DNA of 64,000 nucleotides from Candidatus Roizmanbacteria bacterium CG_4_9_14_0_2_um_filter_38_17 (GCA_002788855.1 PFSB01000026.1:6142-70141), one strand, 5' to 3'; positions 1 through 9,616 are shown, counted from the stretch's first letter. Notes: generated by a model not told the origin, from the letters alone. A program made the numbers and translations.

Positions 1-1
1 T

Positions 2-184
2 ATTATAGATTTCCTTATGGTGCCTATTCTTTCTGTAGGAAAAAGATTATCAAGTGATCTTTCTAAGATAAACGTAATTACATTTATCTTTGATTTCATT
101 CTTGAAGCTCCTTTTAAAGCAATCTTTGAGGTATTTGAAGAATGGTTTGGCTTTATGAAGTCAAAAAGAGAAGAGATAGCTTAG
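2..184 (+). CDS. 3' end of a membrane protein (partial, runs off window start)
   Basis: Open frame 2: IIDFLMVPILSVGKRLS...FIFDFILEAPFK...EEWFGFMKSKREEIA, TAG at 182-184; converges on the GTPase gene. Confidence 0.6.
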   Translation: MIDFLMVPILSVGKRLSSDLSKINVITFIFDFILEAPFKAIFEVFEEWFGFMKSKREEIA

Positions 185-187
185 AGA

Positions 188-1258
188 TTAAATAAACTGG
201 ATGATTGTTCCATCTTTAAGCTGGTGGAAAAGTCCCACTTTTTGACCTGGATATCTAGCTGCTGGTCCCCAAACACGAGCACCTGTTGTTGTCTCTACTA
301 GTTCTGAAGATAGTTTTATAACGGCTTCCCTAACTGTAATAGAAGAGGGGACTACCAAGGGATCTTCCATGTCCACCACGCCCTGGGGATTTCGTAGATA
401 AATACGAATAAGGTCCAGCTTATCCCAGATTGATTGGGTAAGCTTATCTAAGCCCTTTCCCTCAAGCGCACTGATTGCAAACACGTCTGAAGATAGATTA
501 AGTTTTTTGCCTTCCATTTTGTTAATAATCTTAATGGCGGGGACATAGACACGGTTACCAGCAAAAGCATCAATCAGTTGTTCTGGAGTAAGGTCTTCTT
601 TAATAGAGATCTGGGCATTAACAATTCGATAACTTCTGGCGATAGTTTTTATAGTATCTTGGTCCAGCAAGGTCAGGGTTGGTGAGTTTATCTGTATACC
701 ACCTCGATCCGTCTTTTTTACTACTAATTTAGGTGGGCTTTGATTAAGTCTTACTCCTGCATTTGCAAGCTCTATCTCCATATTGGGTAGCTCTCCTTTG
801 CGCTTAACATCAACCATAAGGATGATTAGATCTGCGATTCTAGCGACAGAAAGCACTTCTTTACCTCTACCTAATCCTTTGGCAGCCCCTGTGATAAGAC
901 CAGGAACATCAAGAATCTGAATTCTAGCTCCATTAATATTAAGCATACCTGGAATTACTTCCAGAGTTGTAAACTCATATTCAGCTACTTTGGAGTTAGC
1001 GTCGGTTAGCTGGTTTAAAAGAGTAGATTTTCCTACGGATGGGGGGCCAATTAATACAACTGTTGCATCTCCGTGCTTTGCCACAGCATAACCTCCGCCT
1101 CCTCCAGTAGCACTAAGCTTTAGTTGTCTTTCAATAATCTCACTTTTGAGCTGAGCAATACGCGCTCTAAGTTTTCCAATGTGATGTTCTGTCCCTTTGT
1201 GATAGGGTGTTTTTCTAATCTCTTCTTGGATTGCTTCAATTCTTGCTTGGTTATCCAT
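188..1258 (-). CDS. DRG-family (Obg superfamily) GTP-binding protein with C-terminal TGS domain
   Basis: N-terminal HIGKLRARIAQLK helix, G1 GPPSVGKSTLL, G2 YEFTT, G3 DVPG, G4 NKME, TGS tail ARVWG...GQKVG..HQLKDG. Confidence 0.9.
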   Translation of the reverse strand: MDNQARIEAIQEEIRKTPYHKGTEHHIGKLRARIAQLKSEIIERQLKLSATGGGGGYAVAKHGDATVVLIGPPSVGKSTLLNQLTDANSKVAEYEFTTLEVIPGMLNINGARIQILDVPGLITGAAKGLGRGKEVLSVARIADLIILMVDVKRKGELPNMEIELANAGVRLNQSPPKLVVKKTDRGGIQINSPTLTLLDQDTIKTIARSYRIVNAQISIKEDLTPEQLIDAFAGNRVYVPAIKIINKMEGKKLNLSSDVFAISALEGKGLDKLTQSIWDKLDLIRIYLRNPQGVVDMEDPLVVPSSITVREAVIKLSSELVETTTGARVWGPAARYPGQKVGLFHQLKDGTIIQFI

Positions 1259-1305
1259 AAGCCCAATTATAACTTGCGCATTAGTTCTTGTATAATATAA
1301 TGGTA

Positions 1306-1382
1306 GCCTCAGTAGCTCAGTGGATTAGAGCACTGGTCTTCGGAACCAGGGGTCGGGGGTTCGAATCCCTCCTGGGGCACCA
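1306..1382 (+). tRNA. tRNA-Arg(TCG)
   Basis: Acceptor GCCTCAG/CTGGGGC, anticodon arm CTGGT-CTTCGGA-ACCAG, GGTTCGAATCC T-arm, encoded CCA. Confidence 0.95.
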
Positions 1383-1393
1383 CGGAGTACCGC

Positions 1394-1465
1394 GGGTTGC
1401 TAGCTCAATGGTAGAGCAACTGGCTCTTAACCAGTAGGTTCAGGGTTCGAGCCCCTGGCAACCCA
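1394..1465 (+). tRNA. tRNA-Lys(CTT), no encoded CCA
   Basis: Acceptor GGGTTGC/GCAACCC, anticodon arm ACTGG-CTCTTAA-CCAGT, GGTTCGAGCCC T-arm. Confidence 0.95.
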
Positions 1466-1498
1466 CATAAAGTTTTGGGCTTTTTCTGGCTCTAATAA

Positions 1499-1518
1499 AA
1501 ATGGTGGCTGACCCCATT
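1499..1518. repeat. AAATGGTGGCTGACCC repeat, copy 1 of 3 (REP-like, downstream of a tRNA)
   Basis: 16-nt core identical to copies within 8678-8700 and 9617-9639. Confidence 0.8.
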
Positions 1519-1560
1519 ATACACTTGACACCCTCACCCCAGATATGACAGTATGAAGGG

Positions 1561-2190
1561 GTGAAAAAAGTGCTCATGGTGCTGGGGTTTATACCTCTTA
1601 CCACAGCTACTATAGCTATAAGCTTTGTGTTACTTATTAAACTGCCTAATATCCGTGAGGTAGATGTTTTGTTACGTCAACAAGCTCATATCTTTAATGA
1701 TACTTCCCCTAATTACCGAGTAGCAACATTTGTTCCACAGGTTTTAGGAAGCTTTACCGAAGCTATTGTGGCAGGGGATGCTAGACCAGTTATTATTCGT
1801 AATTATCTTGAAAGATATAATTCACCATTAGTACCCTATGCTGGTTTGTTTGTGAAAAAAGCTGATGAATATGGATTAGATAACTATTTGTTGCCAGTTG
1901 CTATCGCGCAGCAAGAATCAAATCTTGGCAAAGTGACTCCACCTAACTGTCACAACGCATGGGGATGGGGAATCCATAAGAGAGGAACGCTCTGCTTTGA
2001 ATCTTGGGAAGAGGGAATAGATACATATATTAAGGATTTTAGTTCAAATTATGGTGATATAACGGAAATTGAAGATGAAAATGAGATGCTACAGGTCTTG
2101 ATGGCAAAATATGCGCCCGTAAGCGTTGAGTCAGCTGGAGGTGCATGGGCAAATGGCGTGAGGCAGTTCTTACAGGATATAAGAGAGTAG
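1561..2190 (+). CDS. membrane-anchored lysozyme-like (glucosaminidase/SLT-type) cell-wall hydrolase
   Basis: N-terminal TM; LLPVAIAQQESNLGK...HNAWGWG lysozyme-fold catalytic Glu motif. Confidence 0.65.
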   Translation: MKKVLMVLGFIPLTTATIAISFVLLIKLPNIREVDVLLRQQAHIFNDTSPNYRVATFVPQVLGSFTEAIVAGDARPVIIRNYLERYNSPLVPYAGLFVKKADEYGLDNYLLPVAIAQQESNLGKVTPPNCHNAWGWGIHKRGTLCFESWEEGIDTYIKDFSSNYGDITEIEDENEMLQVLMAKYAPVSVESAGGAWANGVRQFLQDIRE

Positions 2191-2192
2191 TA

Positions 2193-2219
2193 TTAGCACT
2201 TGACACCCGCAAGTGCTAG
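2193..2219 (+). promoter_or_regulatory. CIRCE-like inverted repeat overlapping a TTGACA-N17-TACAAT promoter
   Basis: TTAGCACTT-GACACCCGC-AAGTGCTAG versus CIRCE TTAGCACTC-N9-GAGTGCTAA. Confidence 0.55.
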
Positions 2220-2234
2220 AAGTACAATATCTGG

Positions 2235-2813
2235 ATGTTAAAACAAGTTGTTGTTTTAGTGTCTATTTTAGCTGGGTTGCTTATGAGCCCCCAGAGGGTA
2301 AACGCAGCCTACAATCAGTGTGAGCTACAGTGTAAAGTGGCTGGCTCCTCAGCAGTGCTTAATACGAGCCCTGTTTTGATTGAAAAAGCTAATATATATA
2401 ATGATAGTAGAACAGTTATCTTAAGTAACTATCTAACTCAGTTTGGTTCCCCCTTATCCATGTATTCAGATATCTTTATACAGGTTGCAGATAAACATGA
2501 ACTTGACTGGAGACTGATTCCAGCCATAGCTGGTGCTGAATCTACTTTTGGTAAGCGTATCGCCTCGGACTCACATAATCCGTTTGGTTATGCTGGTGGA
2601 TACTTTAGCTTTGAGAGCTGGGAGAAAGCTATTGAGGTAGAAGCAGAGATGCTAGCTGTGAAGTATAGAGATAGCTGGGGATTAGTTACACCAGAGGAGG
2701 TTATGCCTATTTATGCACCGCCTTCTAAAACATGGGCAAGAAATGTCCGCTTTTTCATGAACGAAATAACTTTGTTTGAAAACAATGCCAACAAACTAGC
2801 CTTAAACCTCTAA
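2235..2813 (+). CDS. secreted lysozyme-like (glucosaminidase-type) hydrolase, paralog of the upstream gene
   Basis: Signal peptide; LIPAIAGAESTFGK...HNPFGY...YAPP..W motifs. Confidence 0.65.
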   Translation: MLKQVVVLVSILAGLLMSPQRVNAAYNQCELQCKVAGSSAVLNTSPVLIEKANIYNDSRTVILSNYLTQFGSPLSMYSDIFIQVADKHELDWRLIPAIAGAESTFGKRIASDSHNPFGYAGGYFSFESWEKAIEVEAEMLAVKYRDSWGLVTPEEVMPIYAPPSKTWARNVRFFMNEITLFENNANKLALNL

Positions 2814-2857
2814 GATCTTTCCAAACTAAGCGCATTTAAAGTATAATTTAGCTATTA

Positions 2858-2938
2858 GCCAGAGTGGCGGAATGGTAGACGCGCACGGTTTAGGACCGTG
2901 TGGGGTAACCCGTGGAGGTTCGAGTCCTCTCTCTGGCA
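2858..2938 (+). tRNA. tRNA-Leu(TAG), no encoded CCA
   Basis: Acceptor GCCAGAG/CTCTGGC, anticodon arm CACGG-TTTAGGA-CCGTG, long variable arm, GGTTCGAGTCC. Confidence 0.95.
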
Positions 2939-2939
2939 C

Positions 2940-4019
2940 ATGTACAGATTTATCAAAAATCATAAGCTAACTACGCTAATCCTACTGGGGGTTGTTATTG
3001 TACTGAGTTATTACTTCTTTTTCCAGACTAAGACTAAAGGTGAAAGTGTTAAGCTGGGGGAGGTAAGTACCGAGAAACTATCTGAGGCAATAAGCGCTTC
3101 AGGAAGTGTTGATGCAGCAATTAAGGCTAAAGTTCGTTTTGCATCCTCTGGAAAACTATCATGGGTGGGGGTACAAGAAGGAGATGTAGTTAAAAAGTGG
3201 CAAGCATTAGCATCTCTGGATAAAGAGGAGCTACAAAAGAAATTAGAAAAAGAGCTTATTGATTATAAAAACGAGCGCTGGGATTTTGAACAGGGGAGAG
3301 AAGACTATGGTGTTGAGAAAGTACAAGACCAGACCTATCCAAATGTCTTGACCGATGAACTAAGGCGCATTTTGCAGAAAAATCAGTTTGACTTAGATAG
3401 TGTTGTGTTGGATGTTGAGATCCAGAATTTAGCTATAAAGTATGCAACAATTATTTCGCCAATTGATGGGTTGGTTGTAGAAATTGAGGAACCATTCGCG
3501 GGAGTAAATACTACCCCCGCTGGCGCAGAAATAACAGTTGTAGATCCAAAAAGTACCGAGTTTGTGGCTGAAGTAGATGAGGTTGATGTTAGTAAGATTA
3601 ATGTAGGCCAAGGCGCTATTATTACGCTTGATGCTTATCCAGATGAAGTGATTAAAGCTACTGTAAAAAGTATAGATTTTGTAAGTACCACAACGAAAGG
3701 TGGGGGCACGGCGTATTTGGTCAAGACCACATTACCAGAGAATATTGGAGTGAAGTTTAGAATAGGTATGAACGGAGATATTGAGTTTGTAGTTGAAGAC
3801 CTCAAAAGCGTATTGGTTGTGCCACAAAAATCTATCATAATTACTGATGATAATAAAACCTCTGTGTGGGTGGTAAAAGACGGTGTGGCCAAGCTAATAG
3901 AAGTAGAACTAGGAGCAGAAACAGCCGATTACGCGGAAATTATTTCTGGATTAAAAGAAGGAGAAAAGGTGGCAACAGAAGGGCAGGATGAACTAAAAGA
4001 AGGTAAGAATATCGAATGA
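2940..4019 (+). CDS. MacA-like efflux membrane fusion (adaptor) protein
   Basis: Start moved to ATG 2940 because the ORF-track start lies inside the tRNA; N-terminal TM, SASGSV..VQEGDVVKK, ISPIDG, VDEVDV, IISGLKEGEKV. Confidence 0.85.
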   Translation: MYRFIKNHKLTTLILLGVVIVLSYYFFFQTKTKGESVKLGEVSTEKLSEAISASGSVDAAIKAKVRFASSGKLSWVGVQEGDVVKKWQALASLDKEELQKKLEKELIDYKNERWDFEQGREDYGVEKVQDQTYPNVLTDELRRILQKNQFDLDSVVLDVEIQNLAIKYATIISPIDGLVVEIEEPFAGVNTTPAGAEITVVDPKSTEFVAEVDEVDVSKINVGQGAIITLDAYPDEVIKATVKSIDFVSTTTKGGGTAYLVKTTLPENIGVKFRIGMNGDIEFVVEDLKSVLVVPQKSIIITDDNKTSVWVVKDGVAKLIEVELGAETADYAEIISGLKEGEKVATEGQDELKEGKNIE

Positions 4020-4693
4020 AACCCCTATTAACGCTAAAAGATGTTTCCCGTACATACGAGCTTGGTGGAGTAGCTGTACATGCATTAAATAAGGTATCTA
4101 CTGAGCTAAAAGAAGGTGAGTTTGTGGCAATTATGGGTCCGTCTGGTTCCGGTAAGTCCACTCTAATGCATATAATTGGCCTCTTGGATACTCCAAGTAG
4201 CGGAGAATTACTTTATAAAGACAAAAGCATAAAAAACTTATCTGAAAATGATCGAGCTAAGCTACGCAATAAAGTTATAGGATTTGTATTTCAGCAGTTT
4301 AATCTCATAAAAAAAGTTTCGGCACTAGACAATGTAATACTACCCATAATCTACCGTCATGAACGCATAAAAAATTCTAAAAAAATTGGAGCAAGGTTAC
4401 TGACAAGGTTAGGATTGGGCAATAGACAAGATCATGCGCCTAATCAGCTATCTGGAGGACAGCAGCAGAGAGTGGCCATTGCTCGAGCATTAATCAATGA
4501 TCCAGAAATTATTCTAGCAGATGAACCCACGGGTAACTTGGATACCAAAACAGGAGATCAGATTATGCAGATTTTAAAGAATCTAAATAATGAAGGTAAA
4601 ACAATCGTCATGGTAACTCATGAAAGTGAAATAGCAAAATACGCTGATCGAATTATTAGAATCGTGGATGGGAAAATTATAGAAGATAAATGA
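4016..4693 (+). CDS. ABC transporter ATP-binding protein (MacB/LolD type)
   Basis: Walker [36 protein letters not shown]. Confidence 0.95.
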   Translation: MKPLLTLKDVSRTYELGGVAVHALNKVSTELKEGEFVAIMGPSGSGKSTLMHIIGLLDTPSSGELLYKDKSIKNLSENDRAKLRNKVIGFVFQQFNLIKKVSALDNVILPIIYRHERIKNSKKIGARLLTRLGLGNRQDHAPNQLSGGQQQRVAIARALINDPEIILADEPTGNLDTKTGDQIMQILKNLNNEGKTIVMVTHESEIAKYADRIIRIVDGKIIEDK

Positions 4694-5895
4694 CATTATT
4701 AGACACATTTCAGGTGGCATTTCGCTCCTTGGCAATAAACAAGATGCGCTCAGGCTTAACTATGCTTGGAGTTATTATTGGTGTGGCATCAGTAATTCTT
4801 TTGGTATCAGTTGGCTCAGGATTACAGGCATTTGTCACAGATCAGTTTGATGAGCTGGGAACCGACTTATTAACGGTGTTTCCCGGTGAGCTAAAGTTCG
4901 GCGATACAGCAGGCAGAGAAGGTGGACCACCGGGATCAGCTAATAATAAGCTGACAAGAGAAATTGCAGAGCTTATAGAACGCAGGGCAGATTTAGTAGA
5001 AGGGGTAACTCCAGTTGCTACAACATATTCTGAAACTAAGTACTTAGGCAAAGAGAGGACGACGGGCATATTAGGTACAACCGTTAACTACATAGATATT
5101 AGAAAATCTCCAACAGACAAAGGTCGATTCTTTTCTAGACAAGAAGAGTCGGGTACTAAGCGAGTAGCAGTTCTCGGAGCAACCACAGTAAAAGAATTGT
5201 TTGGGAATAGAGATCCTATTGGAGAAGACCTTAAGATATCTGGGAAATCTTTCACTGTAATAGGTGTATTTGAGTCCAAAGGAGCAGCGTTTGGCAATGA
5301 CCAAGACGATCTTGTTGCAATACCATTGACAACTTTTGAGCGTGTATTTGACCTAGATAAGGTTAGCTATATTTATACCAAAGTTGGAGACGTAGAAAGG
5401 GTAGATCAAGCAAAAAGACAGATTGAGCGAATACTACTTACCCAGATGAACAATGAAGATGTATCTGTAATTGGGACGCAAGATTTGCTAGACACGGTTA
5501 CTTCAATCCTTGGAGTTATTACAGCAGGACTAGGTGGTATTGCTGCTATCTCTCTTGTAGTGGGAGGTATTGGAATTGCTAATATTATGCTAGTGTCGGT
5601 TACAGAGAGAATCCGGGAGATAGGAATCAGGAAAGCAGTGGGGGCTACCTCACGCGATATATTGCTTCAATTTCTAACTGAGGCCGCAACATTAAGTGTA
5701 ATTGGAGGTGTGGTGGGGATATTAATTGGCGTAGGTGGCTCTTTAATCTTGAATAACTTTGTCCAGACTGTAGTTCCAACCTGGTCTATTATTTTAGGAT
5801 TTACAATTTCAGCCTTGACTGGTATTGTTTCTGGGGTTGGTCCAGCAATAAAAGCTGCCCGCATGGATCCAATTGCTGCGCTTAGATTTGAATAG
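4690..5895 (+). CDS. ABC transporter permease (MacB/FtsX family)
   Basis: RSGLTMLGVIIGVASV, GGIGIANIMLVSVTERIREIGIRKAVGA, PAIKAARMDPIAALRFE. Confidence 0.95.
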   Translation: MTLLDTFQVAFRSLAINKMRSGLTMLGVIIGVASVILLVSVGSGLQAFVTDQFDELGTDLLTVFPGELKFGDTAGREGGPPGSANNKLTREIAELIERRADLVEGVTPVATTYSETKYLGKERTTGILGTTVNYIDIRKSPTDKGRFFSRQEESGTKRVAVLGATTVKELFGNRDPIGEDLKISGKSFTVIGVFESKGAAFGNDQDDLVAIPLTTFERVFDLDKVSYIYTKVGDVERVDQAKRQIERILLTQMNNEDVSVIGTQDLLDTVTSILGVITAGLGGIAAISLVVGGIGIANIMLVSVTERIREIGIRKAVGATSRDILLQFLTEAATLSVIGGVVGILIGVGGSLILNNFVQTVVPTWSIILGFTISALTGIVSGVGPAIKAARMDPIAALRFE

Positions 5896-5919
5896 TAGAT
5901 TATGATATAATTCTCTATT

Positions 5920-6723
5920 ATGCAGACAGAGATAACTCGTCAAAAAGATGGTGCAATAGATATTTTGCTTACAATACTTTGGAAAGACGTTAAGATAAAG
6001 TATGATTCTGTAGTTGAGCAAGCAGTTAAGCACGTTGTTGTAAAAGGATTTCGAAAAGGTAAAGCACCTAAGAACTTGGCCGAACAGCAACTAGATTTAG
6101 AGCGCATGTGGCAACAAACGCTTGAAGAGTTACTACCTGTGTACTACGCTAAAATTGTCCAACAAGAAAAATTACAGCCAGTAATACAGCCACGCATTCA
6201 GCTCCAAAAAGCAGCTCCAGATAATGATTTAGTGGTAAAAATTACTACGGCTGAGAAACCGGTGCTTAAATTAGGTAAGTATAAAAAGGCAGTGACAATA
6301 CTCAAAAAAGCAAGTAAGGATAAGAAAGTTAGTTTAGATGAAATACTAGGAATAATTCTTAAGGAAGTTGAGTTAACTCTCCCTGTATTTATGATTGAAG
6401 AACAGACTAATAAAGAGTTATCTTCACTGATTGATCAGGCAAAGCAGGTTGGTATGACTATTGAAAAGTATGCTCAATCAAAAGGATTATCCATTGAGCA
6501 ACTTAAAGTGCAGAAAAAGCAAGAGGCAGAAAATACACTCAAACTAGAGTTTATACTTGAATCCATTGCTGACGAAGATAAAATTACAGTAGAAGATAAA
6601 GAAGTTGAGGACTTCTTTAAGGCTAGTAAAGAAAGCCTTTCAACTGAAGATCAAAACAGACAAAGATACTTCGTAACATCGCTCATTCGGCGCCGAAAGA
6701 CACTCCAGCATCTTCTTGATTAA
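5920..6723 (+). CDS. tig: trigger factor, short form lacking the FKBP PPIase domain
   Basis: GFRKGKAP ribosome-binding signature; 267 aa; C-terminal chaperone helices. Confidence 0.85.
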   Translation: MQTEITRQKDGAIDILLTILWKDVKIKYDSVVEQAVKHVVVKGFRKGKAPKNLAEQQLDLERMWQQTLEELLPVYYAKIVQQEKLQPVIQPRIQLQKAAPDNDLVVKITTAEKPVLKLGKYKKAVTILKKASKDKKVSLDEILGIILKEVELTLPVFMIEEQTNKELSSLIDQAKQVGMTIEKYAQSKGLSIEQLKVQKKQEAENTLKLEFILESIADEDKITVEDKEVEDFFKASKESLSTEDQNRQRYFVTSLIRRRKTLQHLLD

Positions 6724-6786
6724 GCGTTAAGATTGTGTTAAAATTCAGTTATTGAAGCCATAGCCTATAGTATGTAGATTTATTCT

Positions 6787-7347
6787 ATGATTAGTAGTAA
6801 CACGATTTTTGATAACAGTAAGAAAAAAAAGAACAACGCAGCAGCCGAGAGACTGCAAGCTCTTCGTGTTCGCATGGCTCAACAAAATAATCCAGAGTAT
6901 ATAGATAGTGATAGTGCATCTAGTCGCTTGCCAAGGCCAGAGAGTGCAGAAAGCACGAAAGTTACCCAGATTCAAACTAGAACTGAGTTTACAGTGTTTA
7001 GCAAATCTGAACACCAAGATAAAATCATAATTCAGCAGGAGATTATCTCTGTTCGTCAAGAGTTGACCCTTGCTATAGCAGAAATGAAAAAGCTGGGGCA
7101 GAGAACAACTGAATATGAAAAAGCAGTTCATGAGAATATAGCTGAACCAGATGTTTATCATTTAAACTTTTTTTCAAGATTAAGTAGTATGCTGATGGTG
7201 CTCCGTCAGAATATTCAAGAGAGTAACTCTTGGATGGATATGACGTTTGCTAAGAAAAGAGCAAAGGGTTACTGGAATAAGGCAAAAAAAGGTGGAACTA
7301 CTTTCACCCTCTCCCACGAGCGCAAAATGGCCACCCAAGCAGGATAA
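6787..7347 (+). CDS. conserved CPR hypothetical protein (DUF5660-like)
   Basis: YHLNFF..L...ESNSW...KRAKGYW..AKKGGTTFTLSHER C-terminus; family assignment from recall only. Confidence 0.55.
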   Translation: MISSNTIFDNSKKKKNNAAAERLQALRVRMAQQNNPEYIDSDSASSRLPRPESAESTKVTQIQTRTEFTVFSKSEHQDKIIIQQEIISVRQELTLAIAEMKKLGQRTTEYEKAVHENIAEPDVYHLNFFSRLSSMLMVLRQNIQESNSWMDMTFAKKRAKGYWNKAKKGGTTFTLSHERKMATQAG

Positions 7348-7776
7348 TTATACATTCTGTTTGTAATATTCTTCTAGATCTAGCTTAGTTATATATGAGA
7401 GAGGCGTGGGTAGATTACCTAGGCTAAACCAGCCTATTTCATCACACTTATGTGGTTCCATAATCTTAGGCACTTGTGTCTTTTTTATCTTACCAGTATA
7501 TGTAGTAGGAATCCAGTGCTGTTTTTCATCTACGAGAATCTCGTCAACAGTATGAAGAATACTATCTATTATAATATCTATATTAAACTCCTCTTTAATT
7601 TCTCTTAAAATAGCCTGTGCTCTGGTTTCACCAAACTCTATCATACCTCCCGGTACTTCCCAGTGACCCTTAGCGTTTCTGGCTAGTTGTGAGCGCTCAT
7701 TAAGAAACAGTTCTCCTTTATGGTTGAATATAAGAGCACCAACTGATACTCCTATATGATCTACTCCAGGTTTCAC
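7348..7776 (-). CDS. NUDIX hydrolase
   Basis: Nudix box PGGMIEFGETRAQAILREIKEE. Confidence 0.9.
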   Translation of the reverse strand: MKPGVDHIGVSVGALIFNHKGELFLNERSQLARNAKGHWEVPGGMIEFGETRAQAILREIKEEFNIDIIIDSILHTVDEILVDEKQHWIPTTYTGKIKKTQVPKIMEPHKCDEIGWFSLGNLPTPLSYITKLDLEEYYKQNV

Positions 7777-7855
7777 AGGTATATTATACAGGTTTATCTC
7801 ATAACTATCTAAAACCTCTGTTTAATAATATGTTATGATAAGTATCATAGGTACT

Positions 7856-8530
7856 ATGAGAGGAAAATCGGATACTAGAATTAAATCTGAGAGATTAAGA
7901 AAAGAGCATGGACTGTCTTATAAGGAAATATCTGAAAAGACAGGTGTAAGCAAAGGGACATTGTCTAATTGGTTGAAAGGGATTGAGCTGAATATAAATC
8001 AGCAAGATCGACTAAATCAAATGCTAGTTGCTAATCGATCATCATTTGCAGCTAGAGCTTGGCCAATTAATAAAGAGAGGCATAGACTAGCAAGGGAGAA
8101 TGCGTATCGGGAAGGAGTAAAAATAAACCAATCGCTTCCGAGTAATAAGTCTGTTGACGAGCTTGCATTAGCTATGCTGTATTTAGGTGAGGGCGCTAAA
8201 TCATATAACAGAGTACAGCTGGCTAGTACAGACTATGGAATACTTAGATACTTTATTAGATCTCTGATTAACTTGTATGATATTGATAGAGACCGGCTTG
8301 TTCTAAATTTAAACATTGTTATAACCGCCAAAAAATATGAAGAAAAGTATATTGATTGGTGGCAAGATAAATTAGGATACTCTGACATTAGATTTGGAAA
8401 AACACAATTTGATAAGCGTTCAAAAAGAGAACATATTACACATAACTATCACGGTGTATGCACTGCTAATTATTGCGATACCTACTTGCAGCAAAGGATA
8501 TTAGGTTTAGCCTATACTTACATTAAATGA
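7856..8530 (+). CDS. HTH plus LAGLIDADG-like protein directly upstream of tRNA-Val
   Basis: N-terminal HTH GLSYKEISEKTGVSKGTLSNWL; LAMLYLGEGAK followed by VQLASTD resembles a LAGLIDADG helix; start may be 7835 or 7856. Confidence 0.55.
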   Translation: MRGKSDTRIKSERLRKEHGLSYKEISEKTGVSKGTLSNWLKGIELNINQQDRLNQMLVANRSSFAARAWPINKERHRLARENAYREGVKINQSLPSNKSVDELALAMLYLGEGAKSYNRVQLASTDYGILRYFIRSLINLYDIDRDRLVLNLNIVITAKKYEEKYIDWWQDKLGYSDIRFGKTQFDKRSKREHITHNYHGVCTANYCDTYLQQRILGLAYTYIK

Positions 8531-8573
8531 CGTTGCTTTTTCTGTATCATATTTGTGCTAAAATTAGCCTCAG

Positions 8574-8650
8574 GACCGGTTAGCTCATTTGGTTAGAGCG
8601 CTACTTTGACATAGTAGAGGTGAAAGGTTCGAATCCTTTACCGGTCACCA
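8574..8650 (+). tRNA. tRNA-Val(GAC)
   Basis: Acceptor GACCGGT/ACCGGTC, anticodon arm CTACT-TTGACAT-AGTAG, GGTTCGAATCC, CCA. Confidence 0.95.
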
Positions 8651-8677
8651 AAAAAGAAATCTGTGTTATTTGGTAGT

Positions 8678-8700
8678 GTAAATGGTGGCTGACCCTATTT
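8678..8700. repeat. 23-bp direct repeat, left copy (GTAAATGGTGGCTGACCCTATTT)
   Basis: Identical to 9617-9639. Confidence 0.9.
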
Positions 8701-8722
8701 CCCTAAAAGTTCGTAATGAAAT

Positions 8723-9493
8723 ATGAGTAATAAACGTCTTTTGAAATTTCTACTTGCAATATCATTGCTATGTTTGATAGCAATTGTTGTTATCAACCTC
8801 TGCACGAGCTTGAGCCAATCACTAAAAGATGGGATAACCGCCGAAATAGTTGGAGGCGGAATTGTTGGAGGGATCGTTGCAGCTGTTTTCTTTTACCTTC
8901 AGGAATCTGACGAATATCAAGCAAGCAAAATGAAAGCAAACTCATTTTTTGAGCAAAAACTTCTGTTGGATATTCAAGAGGCTATGGATCGAGGTCCAAG
9001 TCTATGGAATCTCAGTGGTGCAAACAAGTTTTATTTTGACGGATCATTGGTCAACCCACTTTATGATATTTACCAGTCAAACTTTGATCAAATAAACAAC
9101 CATCATGCTTACTTTTCTAAGAATGAGTTGATAAATAAGTTTGATGAGTTTTATAAGACCACCCGAAAAGGATATGTACTTGGCGAGAAAATGGAGAATC
9201 TTGTCTATCAAAATGTCAGAAGCGACCACCACAAAAGAGGACTTATTTCAGCTAATGATCCCGCTACCAGCTCATACATCAGAGGGAAGCTCTTTGCTGA
9301 CATGTCAGATGAAGAACTATGCAAGTATCTTGAATGGCAAAGCGTCCCAGAAAGAGCCATAGAATTATATAAAACATTTGAAAAAAGCAAGGACGTCATA
9401 AATCTTATTTCAGAAATAAAGGAAATCAGGGAGACTTTGATTACCCAGATAGAAGAAATCAAAGAGTTGCGAAAGAATAGTTTTAAGGCATGA
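8723..9493 (+). CDS. hypothetical protein with two N-terminal TM helices, in a repeat-flanked cassette
   Basis: 256-aa ORF with no recognisable motif. Confidence 0.7.
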   Translation: MSNKRLLKFLLAISLLCLIAIVVINLCTSLSQSLKDGITAEIVGGGIVGGIVAAVFFYLQESDEYQASKMKANSFFEQKLLLDIQEAMDRGPSLWNLSGANKFYFDGSLVNPLYDIYQSNFDQINNHHAYFSKNELINKFDEFYKTTRKGYVLGEKMENLVYQNVRSDHHKRGLISANDPATSSYIRGKLFADMSDEELCKYLEWQSVPERAIELYKTFEKSKDVINLISEIKEIRETLITQIEEIKELRKNSFKA

Positions 9494-9616
9494 CATTCCA
9501 AGTCTGAAATGTCTTGCTAACTCGCTCAAAATAGCTTGTGAAGTTGTTCCTGAGGTGTTCAGAGATTTCCCTAAGAGTACTTCGGGATCTTCGACAGTCC
9601 TCCACCGGTCACACAC

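Noticed and set aside
2898-2939. ORF-track N-terminus of the efflux adaptor
   Set aside because: It overlaps tRNA-Leu; ATG 2940 is preferred.
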